A DNA stretch of 64,000 bases from Chlorokybus atmophyticus (taxonomy: Eukaryota > Plantae > Mesostigma and Chlorokybus algae), in assembly GCA_009103225.1 (NCBI GenBank), contig RHPI01002069.1, forward strand, positions 521,378 through 585,377, written 5' to 3'. Below, piece after piece: positions 39,106 to 52,320 of the stretch (the stretch's first letter is position 1; each line of letters begins with the position of its first letter). The notes beneath the pieces are model-generated. The model ran no database searches, was not told the DNA's origin, and saw only the letters and a list, made by a program, of their open reading frames with translations. A program made the translations under genes and the position numbers.

Positions 39106-40489
39106 GGCGAGAAGCAAAGACTGATAGCTAGCTGGTACAATTAAGGAGGACACAGAGAACTCAGACTCGATTTCCCGACACGTGATGGCGCCTCTTCCCA
39201 AAGCAGTGCAAGTTGGACCTAGTGCATGGCTCACCTATCAGCTGTGCTGGACAACGTTGTTATTCGCAGCAGGCTTCTGACGAAGCGCCTCTCCACATCT
39301 GCCTGCTTGCCAACTCAGCTCCCTTACGAAATGCCAGCGCATGCTGGACGGCGCCGCTTCCGTCCCACGTCCCGTCCCATCATACCCACGCCACGCATGT
39401 CCGCGTCGAGGGACACGCCGCCGCCGCCGCCGCCAATGCCGCCGCAGCTGACGTGACAATGCGCGTTTGCTGAAGCGTTCTGGTCCGGAACTTCCGGTTA
39501 GTGTCTGAGCAAAGTGAAAGCCGGGGTTTGCAAAACGGCGTGGTGAAAAGCTGGAGTATGTTATGCAAACAACAATTCCGATTTTCCATGATACCACTAC
39601 CAGGCTTATTTGGCTGCCCCGCGTGTTTTTCCTCGTTTTCTCTCGAAAAAACGGTCTGAAAAAGGTGCATGCTGCAGGGAAAGTTATTCATCCACTATCA
39701 GTCAGGGTGGGCTTCACGTGAATTGAGCAATGTCACATCGGAATTAAGCATACAACATATACTGTTTGCATTGTGTAAAATTCGCATGAAGACTTTCACG
39801 CAACAGGTGTATAGTTTTGTGCTTAACAAATGTCTACAATTTCTTGAGATTTACTTCAAGCGTTTCCCATGTATAAGAATATGCAAGCATGTACATCTAC
39901 TCAAATGTAAGAGATACAATCTATTATGACAATCATTCGCAAAACAATCCCCACTGCTGTTGTACTTGACATATAACCACCATCGCGACAGTGCAACATG
40001 CATGACAACAGAAACACCCCAGTGGTGTGGATGACAATGTGTACACGTTGGTCGCGATATATACAATGGACAATCCTTTTTGCTTGCCCACGCGGCTGTA
40101 TGGAGGAGACCTTGTTGCTGTTGTCGTACATCTTGCCACAATCTCGTATGCTATACAGTTGCATTCAGAATGCATCAGTGTCAATTCACGTCTGCCATGG
40201 ATTGGATACAGCACAACCTGCTGCATATGTATGCCATATGCTGACAGCTCGTGCATATTTTACACAGATTGGTTGGTTGCACTGGCTTGAGATGCACCAA
40301 CAGCTGGCACAGTTTTTGGCATGCACACAATGCATACCCAGCTAACCGAGAAGGTAAACAATACTATCATAATGTACACAACCAAGCCCCCAATTTTGAG
40401 GCAAATGCAGTACAACTTGTGTCTGCAACCAACACCAACACATGTTCTGCGCTGGTGACTGCCATGCTGAGTCTCAATTAGCAGGCGAC

Positions 40490-43400
40490 CTAAGCAGCCA
40501 ACTGCTCGGGTTCCTCAACCTCGCCCGCCTTCTTGGCGGTGACCAGGTGCCTGTCGCCATAGACATTATCAATACGGTGGGTGGTGGGCCAGAACTTAAA
40601 GGATTGCAGCCATGGAGCCGGGTAGGTTGCCTTCTGCTTGGAGTAGGGCCTATTCCATTCCTCTGAGAGGATTGAGCTGATAGGGTGCGGCGCGTGGACC
40701 AGCGGGTTGTTGTCCTTGGGAAGCTTGCCAGCCTCAATCTCAGCAATCTCCTGCCTAATGCCAATCATCGCAGCGCAAAACCTGTCCAACTCGGACTTGC
40801 TCTCGCTCTCGGTGGGCTCGATCATAAGTGTGCCGGCCACTGCAAAAGCCATGACGGATCAGCAACTAGCTCTGACTTGCTGGAGACACTTGCAGCAAGA
40901 GCAATACTCACCAGGCCATGACATGGTTGGTGCATGGTAGCCGTAGTCCATGAGCCTCTTTGCCACATCCTCGGCCTCAATGCTGCAAAATGGTCAATTC
41001 AATAACATGTCATAGTGAGCAGTGCATGCAGTCTGTCTCAGGCCATGCACATACCCTGCTGTGGCCTTGAATCCCCTGAGGTCCAGGATGAACTCATGTG
41101 CGCAGGTGCCGTTGCTGCCGGTAAACAGCACATCGAAGTGGTCCTTGAGCTTAGCAGCCATGTAGTTGGCGTTTAGGATAGCCAGCTTTGATGCATTCGT
41201 CAGACCCTTAGAACCCATCATGGCAATGTAGGTGTATGAGATAGGCAGAATCAGCGCAGAACCCCAAGGTGCGGCAGCAACAGTTCCAAACGGCTGCAGC
41301 TGGTCCTCAGGCACAGGCCAACCACCAGTGCCAATCTGCAACACAGATACAAGTCAGGAGTGCAAGTGACAAACAGGAGCATATGTGTGTGACCGTCCAC
41401 AAAATGCCTGATCGAGACCAGCTGCACTTACCACTGGATGTGATGGAAGGAATGGCGCAAGGTGCTTCTTAACTCCAATGGGTCCCATGCCGGGTCCACC
41501 TCCTCCATGAGGAATGCAGAACGTCTTGTGCAGGTTCAGATGGCAAACATCAGCGCCAATGTGGCCAGGACTGGTCAAACCAACCTGCAACCAGGCAAAC
41601 AGGAGTTTAGCACCAAGGCAGCGTTCGCTTAAGACAGCCCACTACAAATACAGAGGCACAACAGTTCTTTGGCGCATAGTGTATCAATATCATGGACAAT
41701 CTCAGAGATGCACTGCAACCAATGCTGCACCTGAGCGTTCATGTTGGCTCCGTCCATGTACACTTGGCCACCATACTGGTGAATGACCTCGCAAATCTCC
41801 TTGATGGATTCCTCATACACTCCATGAGTAGAAGGATACGTAACCATCAGCGCCGCCAGGTTTGCAGCATTCTGGTATTACAAAGCGGATTAGACATATT
41901 GCCGTGACCAAGCAAATCAATGGTGATTACTAGCCATTGCAAGGCACACCTGCTTGGCTTTCTCCTTGAGCTCAGCAACGTTCACATTGCCCTGCTCGTC
42001 AGAGCTGACAGTGACAATCCTCATTCCGCACATGGCAGCACTGGCTGGGTTTGTGCCATGAGCAGAGGTGGGGATGATGCATATGTTGCGGTGGTGGTCG
42101 CCGCGTGCTTGATGGTATGCGCGAATAGCCATCAGCCCAGCATACTCACCTGCTGCACCTGCATTGGGCTGCACAACAACGTCATCAGAATGTACTCAAT
42201 GTACTCAGTAGGTTGTTTGCAGGCCTTCGAACAAAGGCCTGCAAACCGCTTTATACCTGCAGGGACATGGAGTCAAAGCCAGTGATCTCGCAGAGCATCT
42301 CACTGAGATCCCTGAACATCTCTTGGTAACCCTGTGTCTGATCGAGTGGGGCAAACGGATGCATGTCTGCAAGCTCTGGCCACGTGATAGGAATCATCTC
42401 GGTAGTGGCATTGAGCTTCATTGTGCAGGAGCCCAGGGGAATCATAGAGTGACACAACGACAAGTCCTTGGCCTCCAGGCGCTTGATGTAACGCAACAAC
42501 TCATGCTCAGTGTGGTATCTGCAGCAACACAATTGTGCTGAGGGTAAAGCCACTTGACGTGACCTTTGTGCGGTGCTGCTGACTTAGCATGGCAAATTAC
42601 ACACGGTCACAAGGATATGAAAGCAGTACCAGGATATGTGGAAACCGTCACAAGCTAACTGAACAGGACAACCCAGGCAACCAGCGATTGCAAAACTCAC
42701 TTGTTGAACACATCATGCTGCAAGAAGGGGGAGGTGCGTGCGAACTGTGTGGGGAGCGAGTCATCCACTTCATGAGCAAGAGACTCAGCAGTGAATGGCA
42801 CCTGCATAGTGGGGCAAGCACTCAGTTATCCGACACATGCATCCACACGCACACACACACACACACAAAAAAAGTAGTCACAACCACCTTGTGGCCTGCA
42901 AAAACGGCAAAGAGTGCGTCCACGTCTTCCATGGATGCTGTTTCATCAAAGGCCACAGTCACCTGCAGCAATTGCAGTGACCATCAGCACCCGCAGTCAC
43001 TACCAATGACCTGTACTGTAGGACAAAACAGCACCCGCAGTCATTACCAATGACCTGTACTGTAGGACAAATCAGAAAACCTACCGTGTCCTTGTTCAGC
43101 ACGCGCAAGTTGCAACCTTCCGACCGTGCAGCAGCAGCGACGCTTTCAGCACGGCCATTTCCCACAATAACTTTGACGGTGTCAAAGAACGGATCACTGC
43201 CAATCTGCGCAAATGTTAGTATGTTTGGTGTCCACGATCACCAACCAGGAGCTGTGCACTTCTGCAAATAAAACAACGCACCTCTCCAGCATGTGCCTTC
43301 TTGATACCTGCAGCAAATATCGCTGCAAGCCCATGGACACGCTTGGCAATGTCCTTCAAGCCATTGGGGCCATGGTACACCCCATACATAGCCGCCATGT

Positions 43401-45545
43401 TGGCCAGGAGGGCCTGTACCAACAGAAAGCAACACTTTCAACGACCTGACTGCCAACACATGCATGCGCGCAAACATCTACGACAATACACATGCGACAA
43501 TCACCCATACACGCCGATGATGGACACAGGCAAAAGTGGCAACCGCACCTGTGCAGTGCAAATGTTGCTGGTGGCTTTATCCCTGCGAATGTGCTGCTCC
43601 CTGGTCTGCATCGCCATGCGAAGAGCGCGCTTGCCCTAGAGTCAGCAACAGCTGCTTGAGTCATAGCCTGAATCCCCTTGCAGACGGCAAGCCAACATGC
43701 CAAAATCTACATCAACGATCCACACATGCTCGAGTTTGCCTACCGTAGAGTCCACGGAAACACCAATAATCCGGCCCGGCATCAAACGCTTGTACTCTTG
43801 GCTTGTCGCCAAGAACGCTGCATGAGGACCGCCATAGCCCATGGGTACACCAAACCGTTGGGCTGAGCCAACAACCATGTCCGCGCCAAGCTCTCCAGGA
43901 GGTGTCAGCATCGTCATTGAGAGCAGATCGGTCGCCATGACAACCTGCAATTGCAATACATCAGCAACACCAACAAGCAAACACGCACTGCTAATGCATC
44001 AGCAACGACCTGTACCTTAACACCGTGAGCATGAGACTCCTTGATGAAGCTGCGGTAGTCCTTTATGCTGCCATCTGTCGCCGGGTACTGCACCAAGACT
44101 CCGCAAACATCGTTTTTGCTAAAGTCAAACTTATCCTCACTTGTGACGACAATCTGCATGGCACACAGTGCCTATCAGACTCTGGGTGCTTTAACTAAGC
44201 ACTATCATTCGCGATAGGCATGCTGACCCCACCTACCTTCATTCCAAGGGCCTCTGCACGCGTCTCACAAACAGCAATGGTTTGAGGGTGACAAAGATTG
44301 GAGATGTAGAACACAGGCTTCTTTCCACGCGCGATGGCGCTGCACATGGCCACAGCCTCTGCTGCAGCAGTAGACTCGTCGAGCAAACTTGCGTTTGACA
44401 TCGGCATGCCTGTCAGATCGGTGACCATAGTCTGGAAATTGAGCAGGGACTCTAATCTGCCCTGTGCAATTTCCGCCTGGGCAACGAGACACGTCATCAA
44501 TAACTGAACCCAGGAACTTGACTACCTATCAGGCCTACAACTTATTAATACTTATTGTCAGTTGCACTACTAGCTGTGTAATTGTGGTTAGAGTTAACAT
44601 ACGCAACCACATGGAACCTGATGTGATGCACAACAGACAAACCTGATAGGGGGTGTACTGGGTGTACCATCCAGGGTTTTCCAGGATGTTGCGCAGAATC
44701 ACGGGAGGAACTATGCAGTTGTAGTAGCCCATACCAATGTAAGATTTAAAAACCTTATTTCTCTGTGCCATCTTCTTGAAGTACCTGAGGGCAGGCAGCC
44801 AAGCATTGGCGGGAGCACATGGGGGCTATCTAGCAACGCTGACAGACAACTGCACAAATGAAACACCGTTGCATGAGCAGCGCCTGCTACTTATAAAACG
44901 GTAATTTTGCAGCTGTGACTGTATGGGCAAGCTAGACTTGAAAACTGCTCCGTATGGGCAAGCGGAACATGCAACATGCAGGCAGCCTCCACACAACACC
45001 TATCAGGCAGGTTTTTCCTGACCGACCACACACACACAGAAGCTATGTGCGATAGCAATGACTCCTGACAACCTGACAATGTAGGTGTTGCATTGTTAGG
45101 CAGCATGTATCCGCTCACTGGCACTGAACACGCCAGTAACATAAAGAAGTTGATCAACATCACGTCACACTGCAACTTACGCAAGGATCTGGCTCTCAGT
45201 CATGCCCTCGTCGTATTTGCCGAGTTCCATGGGCTCGCGGCGGATGTTGGCGGGGACAGTGGCATCAATGAGGGCATCCATGCTCTTGAAGCCGCAGGCT
45301 GCAGCCATCGCCTCGGCCTCATTGTCGGGGATGCTGTTATGGCGGCGCTCAAAGGTGTCCAGCGGGCGCAGGGCAGCCACGCTGATGCTGCGCCTCAGCT
45401 GTCCCTGAGCAGCAGCAGCAGCAGCGCCGGCCCTGTGCAGCAACGACCCATGCCTGCTGCAGGCGGCGACGCCAGCCACAATCTGCTGCCTGCCGGCAAC
45501 CGCCCGTCTCAGAAGAGGCGCCAACTGGCGCACCCTCCCGGCCAT
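40490..45545 (-). CDS. GLDP: Glycine dehydrogenase (decarboxylating), glycine cleavage P protein, mitochondrial; multi-exon
   Basis: [25 protein letters not shown]|[103 protein letters not shown]. Presequence-like N-terminus. Confidence 0.98.
42985..43071. repeat. 44-bp tandem duplication in a GLDP intron
   Basis: cagcacccgcagtca(c/t)taccaatgacctgtactgtaggacaaa occurs twice. Confidence 0.85.
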
Positions 45546-46318
45546 GTCGACCAGCCCCGGCACCACACCCTCCCTGCTGCCCCGCCTCGCTCCCGCCGCC
45601 GCCGGTGTGGGGCGGGGGACGTCGTCGGCAGCGGCAACTGTGGCAGTGTTGTTGAGCTTAGCGTACCTTTGTCTGTCTGAACTTTGATCTCTTGAGCCAA
45701 AGCCCCAAACTTGCCGCAAGCCACACAACAAACACCGCAGCTATTTCTAGCCGGCTGCCGGGGAGGCACTGAATCAGCGCGTTAACGGGTGTGAACTAAA
45801 AGTGAATCACTTAAGTTCATCAACGGGCTCAGGAACGCCAACACCCAACAGCCCGCCAAGACTTTTCGCTGTCGTTGATCACTTTTTCTATATGTAGTCC
45901 ATTGGTCTGCCCAGCTTGTGGTCCATCTTGCGGCACCAGAGCGCGGGGCTGTTAAGGTTATTCTGTCCGCGGCGGAGCTGAGCCTCTCGCCAACAACCGT
46001 ACAGATACATGCCTACGGCCGATGAGGCGCGGCCCTTAACAGCCGTACAAGCTCAGCGTACGACGGATTTGACACTTTTGCGTCCCGGAGCAAAGCTTGT
46101 CCCTTCTGCAGTCAACTGCATGGGCTGGTCCTGGGACTTGTGCTTGCTCGGGCTACGGATGAATGTTTGGCAGTACTGTGGACGGGCATTGAGACGGCGG
46201 CGGTGCTGCTGGCGGTGGCATCACGAGGGTCGCAGGCGTCCTTGTGGTGGGAGAGGGATGGTCATATACTGTATATAGACGAGGCTTTGCATCAGATCTT
46301 GCTGGGAAGCAGGCACAA

Positions 46319-47930
46319 ATGCGGGGCATGGTGAGGGTGTCCGGGCTGGTGGCTGCGCCCTGGGCGCTGCGGGCAGGGTTTGGAGGCTGCGGTGCCAGGT
46401 TGACGACCAAAGCGAGGACCATGAGGGGGAGCAGGCAAGCAGCATGCAGACCGTTCGCGTCGTTGTCAGAGGCGGCGAGAGCCTCGTTCGTGTCGCCTTC
46501 AGAAGCTGCCACCGCCGCTCTAGCCAGGCAGCTGGCCTCGCAGGCTGCCGCTGGCGACACTATCTGCCTGTATGGGTGCGTCGGAGCTGGCAAGAGCGTC
46601 TTCAGGTACATAGCGGATGACTGTACTTCCAGTGTGGTCCTGTTGGCGATGGTACTTTGTCGCTGTCATTGCGTAGTAGTGTTGGCGATGCCGCTATACC
46701 CAGATTGCTGTTGGTGGGCGACAGCACCACCTACCGCACTCTTAGCTTAGCCTACAGACGTCTACATTCAAATTGCTCGAAAATTGCACAATGTGCATTC
46801 ATAGTAAGCACGTAGCATAATACAACCATAGTCGAAAATGAAGTTGTTATACACAATTACAAATGCATGCGCTCACATACACACCCACCGCGCGCGCACG
46901 CATGCATGCACATGCCTTGCTGCAGGGTCGCACATGCAAAGACGCATGCCCCCCCCCCCCCCCNNNNNNNNNNNNNNNNNNNNNNNNNNNNNNNNNNNNN
47001 NNNNNNNNNNNNNNNNNNNNNNNNNNNNNNNNNNNNNNNNNNNNNNNNNNNNNNNNNNNNNNNNNNNNNNNNNNNNNNNNNNNNNNNNNNNNNNNNNNNN
47101 NNNNNCGCCCGCCCGCATGTTGGCTTGCTGCCTGCTTGACCTCGCAGTGATATCTTCCTAATACCCTTTTTCTCTATGTGTGCAGTCGTAACTTCATCAG
47201 AGCAATTGCTGGAGACCCTGACATGGTGGTGCCCTCGCCAACATTCTTACTGCAGCAGATTTATGACGACCATGCAGGCCCGTAAGTTGCGCAGCGCTGC
47301 TACGCGTGGGGTGGTTCTGCTGCTGACCAGCTTCCAACAGTACCCTGAAACTTTGGTAGGCCAGTGCATCACTTTGACCTGTACCGGCTGACTGGCCCTG
47401 ACGACTTTGACCGTCTCGGGCTGCAAGACTCCATCACGTCCGGTAGGCTGCTGTGTGCGCACGTTGTGTAGCTTGTATGAGCACGTGCATGTGCCCTAAC
47501 ACAGCAATGCTTGCAGCTGTGTGTCTCTTTGAATGGGCTGAGCGGCTAGGTCCAGTTGCGCCAGAGGATCGCCTTGACCTTCACATAGAAGTAGATCTGG
47601 ATGTAAGTGTGTGTTGGCACTGCAGTATGCGCGTGCGTGTGCGTGTGCGTGCGTCTATGCGCTAGTGCATGCAGTAACAGCTGCTGCTTGCAGGACGTTC
47701 TACAGCCTGTGGCGCAAGAATCAGCAAGGACTCATCAAGAACAGGGAGGAACTGATGTCGAGTCATATGAGGAAGATTATGCAGATCGTGGGGTTCGTAT
47801 CATGCACCTTTCTGCGTACGGGCACAGATGGCAGCAGCTTGTGCACCAACTTGAACAGCACGTCCTAGCATCACGCGCTGATCTGGCTGGGCTATGCTCG
47901 CTGTCACAAGCATTGCAGGCCAAGGCTTGA
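46319..47930 (+). CDS. tsaE: TsaE (YjeE) family P-loop ATPase of tRNA t6A37 biosynthesis, with organelle-targeting-like extension; multi-exon
   Basis: EAATAALARQLA, GDTICLYGCVGAGKSVF (Walker A), VVPSPTFLLQQIY, VHHFDLYRL, CLFEWAERL. One intron contains an N gap. Confidence 0.92.
46964..47105. other. Assembly gap (N run) preceded by poly-C
   Basis: N run after about 15 C, inside a TsaE intron. Confidence 0.99.
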
Positions 47931-50900
47931 CTGGCTGGCTACAGTGATGACAGTAACGCGCAAGTTAGGCAGCCTTGCTGGTCATGGGTGTGGATGCGCA
48001 TGCTGGCCTCATCCCCCGTCTCATCCAACTTGAGTTGTGTGCTCCACACCACATATGTACCCTTGTGTGATGTGAGATTGTGCTTCTACCTTGTACGTGA
48101 GTGATGTACTTGATTGTCATAGTAGTGGGGATAATGCTTCTCCGCATTGCCATATATCTCAGTGCATGCATCAGTGAGCCACGTTGGTGGATTGCATTAA
48201 CTTGAGTACCCCTACTCAGCGGACAACACCTCATCCGCTTCTATGCTTGCAAGCAGCCATGTAGTATTGGTTACACGCTGTTAAGAATTGTACCGAATTA
48301 CAAGTTGATCTAATAGTGTTGAGCAGCATTGAAAGTTGTGACATTTGCTATTACGCCTCCAGACTTCATAAAGCCAATGGCGACATGGAATGCGCTCACT
48401 TGCAAAACAATTGTACTTGCACATGCATCACTGACTTGTTCGGCATGCTGCCCTCTGTCGTATTCACTACCTCGCAGATGCTGGACAAACCCAAATTTTC
48501 GTATGAAGACGCGGGAGGCCACAGTGGACAGTTGCCCTTTTCGGCCACTTTCTACCTGTGGCGCTGCTTGCTCAGGTGAGGAGCTGCTGCTTGCTGGTTC
48601 CCTCCTGCCTTGAGCATGCAGCTGTGGGGCCCAGGGCACTGCTATGTTGCTTGTCTGCTTCTGGCACTAACATTAAATTGTAACACACCTACTCCCTAGC
48701 CCGTTTGCTTGGTTGCTTGTGTGTGTGTTATTGTGTAGCGCTTGCTGTTGCTGCTAGCTTGTACTGCCAGTCTTGCCATTGCATATGCATATGCTATAGT
48801 GGTAAGGTATAAACATAATAACATCATGTCAATTTCAGCATTTAAATCTACTTTGTAAGGGTACGAGAGATTTCAGGGTAATCACATGCTGCATCTTCAC
48901 ATAATACAAGCGATGGTGCACATGCGTCGAGTAAACCACACAACACGTGCACAAGCAGCCAGCCACCACATATATCACAACTCCACGAACGCGCTTAGGC
49001 TATCTACGTATGGTACGTATGGTGCTAGGACTATATATGCCTGCTGCACGCATGCGGTGTCAACCGTGCAGTGTGTTGTTGTCATTGTTGTGGCAGAGGT
49101 TGGCGGTGAGGTTGGGGTGGCGAGGGGTTGTCGCGCTTCGCCACCACGCACGCACAGCACGCTTCACGCACATCGCACTACCCACAAACACCCTACATGC
49201 CCGCACTCAACCGCTCTTTCTCCTCTCTTGCCTCACCTCCTGCAGGTGAACACCCTACCCCTCCCGCTGGCCCGCCAGCCCCACTACCGCATTTGCACGC
49301 ACGCACGCAATTGGTGTGGTGGGTTGATTAGCTGGTTTGCTTAATACTTATACCCCCCGGCCGAAACTCTGCTTGTCTTGCATTGCTATCTTACTATGCA
49401 TATTAGCCTATTGCTTTTTATCTTGCATCATCTCTCATACCGTATGCATGCATGCATGTATCTTATTATGAAGCTATGCATGTTGCGGTTCACAGGAGTT
49501 AAGCTAGGCACAAGTGTCGGGCTTGTTGTCAGCAAAGTCGTATGCAACAAGCTGCTCCCCATTCCTCTCCCTCTTCTACAATCAAGCAAGCTCTAAGTGT
49601 CCGAGATCAGAGTACGACACGAAAGCACGATGCACGATCTGAGTTTTTCAACTGCATATTACATTGACAACAAAACTTTTGTGATACGTGAATTTACGTT
49701 GTGCACATTGGATATAATATGATCAATATACAATATTGTTATTATTGTATACAATACTAGCAACACACAGATTAATCAAACATTATAAGAAAAGAAAATG
49801 CTCATTCGCATATCATTTACGGCACGAGGCTTTGGGAAATGGTAATCAGACATAGTTAATCATGATCTATCAAGCTTTAACGATGTGAACTTCAAGCAAG
49901 AGCCTTCAAGTAAAACTAGAGGTAAAAGACATAAGCCCCCAAGTGTGATTTCCCATTAGCATACTCGTTATGGTACTTGCATTGTCAACACATATTCATG
50001 CTTGCTTCATGTCATTCACTCAATATCGATGTGATGAACACAATACATATGTTGAAAGCGACTCGCAGACTGCTTGTTGGTCATGAAGCTTCTTTCTTAA
50101 GGGTTTATTTCAACTTTTTGGGCTGTTAACTCTACACGCTCAGTATGAGCACAGCGCATGCGGCTTGTTGAGAGGCGACGGTAGTAGCAAGCAGGTTATT
50201 GCAATTGTGTCGGTCGAATCATTGTCACCTTTTCATATTCAGAGCCTCGCAACGATCACTTCAATTGCTGCGCATTGTCACAAAGCGCACATGAGTTGCC
50301 TCGCATTCAAGCGCACGCGCACACATTGTGGCATATATACACATACTACACGAGGTGCATTATGTTTGGCACATTCAACTTGCATGTTAAAAAATGAAGG
50401 AATTAAGCTGTTGGATGGCAAGACAATACGCTCAATTGCTTGATAGGCACCAAGCCAATGGTTCTAGCCAACAGAAAAGGCTCTTGTTCGTATGGCTATT
50501 TATCATCGACACGTAAAAATTGTCAAGCACAAGCAAGGAGACGGTTGAACTGCATAACCAACATGGCATGCGAGGATCAACATGGTGTTGATGCTGACAC
50601 ATCCAAGTATGTAAAATGAGTACAGGAAGAGCCGGTCGGTTTTCATTAACATAAACCGCTTGTGGTGTTGCCTCAGCAACACCAAGTGCCATAGCATCCA
50701 TGGTCAATCCATACATAATCTAGTCACATGCTAGTTGGCTCGATCGTCGCGGCAAGACATCATGTTGATTATGATGATGATGATTAACGCCGTTCATCCA
50801 CAGAGGCGGAGAAGCGGGTGGCAAACTGCTTTAAAGCAACCATAACATATGAAAATGAGTATTGGAAAGAAGATGAAAGCCATTATGACTTCACAAGTGC

Positions 50901-52320
50901 ATATTATCGCAAGCACGTGCGGGGCAATGACAATCAGCTTAACGCGCTTGGTGTTATAAGTGATTGTGCCATTATTCACAACGACATGAGGAAAGAAGCC
51001 CGTCCTTTATTTGCAATGGCGATGTCAGTCTTATATATAACCAGCAAGTTTATTTAAAGCGCAATGGTCATATGCACCTATCACATGATTGCGTCCGAAG
51101 TGCCGGTAAACACGGTTATAATTAAAATGCAAGGAGAGGAGTGCGGTGCTGTTCCATGTTTGCAGCTGCGCATGTACTTATCATGAGTTGTCCCGTGTGT
51201 AAAAGATTGCATGCGTTGTGCGTGACAGGGCAGGGAGGGAGGAATGAAGTTGCGGTCAAAAACCTGTGCAGATGCTGTTTAAATGAGTACATTTTTAAGG
51301 TTGCAATCGCTCTGAGGTTCATTGCTTTTAAAGGCGACATCGACACCAAGCTCCGCAAAATGCAATTTTGATCCGCTCACCATTGTTTAGAATACGCTGC
51401 AACTTGATAATAATATGCTATGGTTGAATGTAGCGTTTATGTATATAAGGTGTATTTGATGGTAAAGAGTTTTAAAAAGTTTTGACTTAAGGTGTGCAAC
51501 AAAGTCGCTTTCTTCGTCGCAAAACCACACAAGCTACGTAATATACTGTCAATAGCAGAGTTGCTGCAAAGCAAACTCAATTCTACTTATCTAACTACCG
51601 TGGCCCTAAAGAGCCCTTTTTGCCATAGTAGATAGATAAGTAAGTAGTGTGCAAGCCAACACGGCAACAAGCAATACGACAGACTAAAATTGCAGCGTGG
51701 CGAAGAGTTACCACTTAACCAATTATATAATTGTACCGACCGGACTGCTAGGACTGCTAAACTACGACCCTTAAGCAGCAATGCGAAAGAGCGTCAGATG
51801 GGGAGACTGATAGCAAGAATGAGCACAACCTGCAGAGCGCTTAGCGATCGCAAAAAGAGGCAAGGCCCGGAGTTCGGCAGGAGCAGCGTGCACGACTCAG
51901 AGCGACGCTGAGACTTGACCCCTAACCACATATGTATATGATCGTTGATATGTGCATATATGCTAGATATTTGCACATGATTATTATTCATATGGGTAAT
52001 TGTTAAAATGGCATTCTGAGCCATTCTTAACGTTATAAAGCCATGTTTAAGTCTACAAGTTACTCCTTGTGAGTGCATGGCCCTTTGGAGGGGGGACATC
52101 TTTGGTCCCATGCCCAACTTTATACATATCTAAGTTGCGTATGCCCCGTCAACTTCACAACAACAAGCAGATTGCAAGTGACTTGACTCAAGTCACGCGT
52201 TTTCCTCCCCCACCCCGTCATCGTCACGTGGCACATAAACGTCACGTGAACGGCAGATTGCGGGGCTGGGCTCCAGCCGCAGCGGCGGCGGCGGCGGCGG
52301 CGGCGTGGACGCCTTCACTC

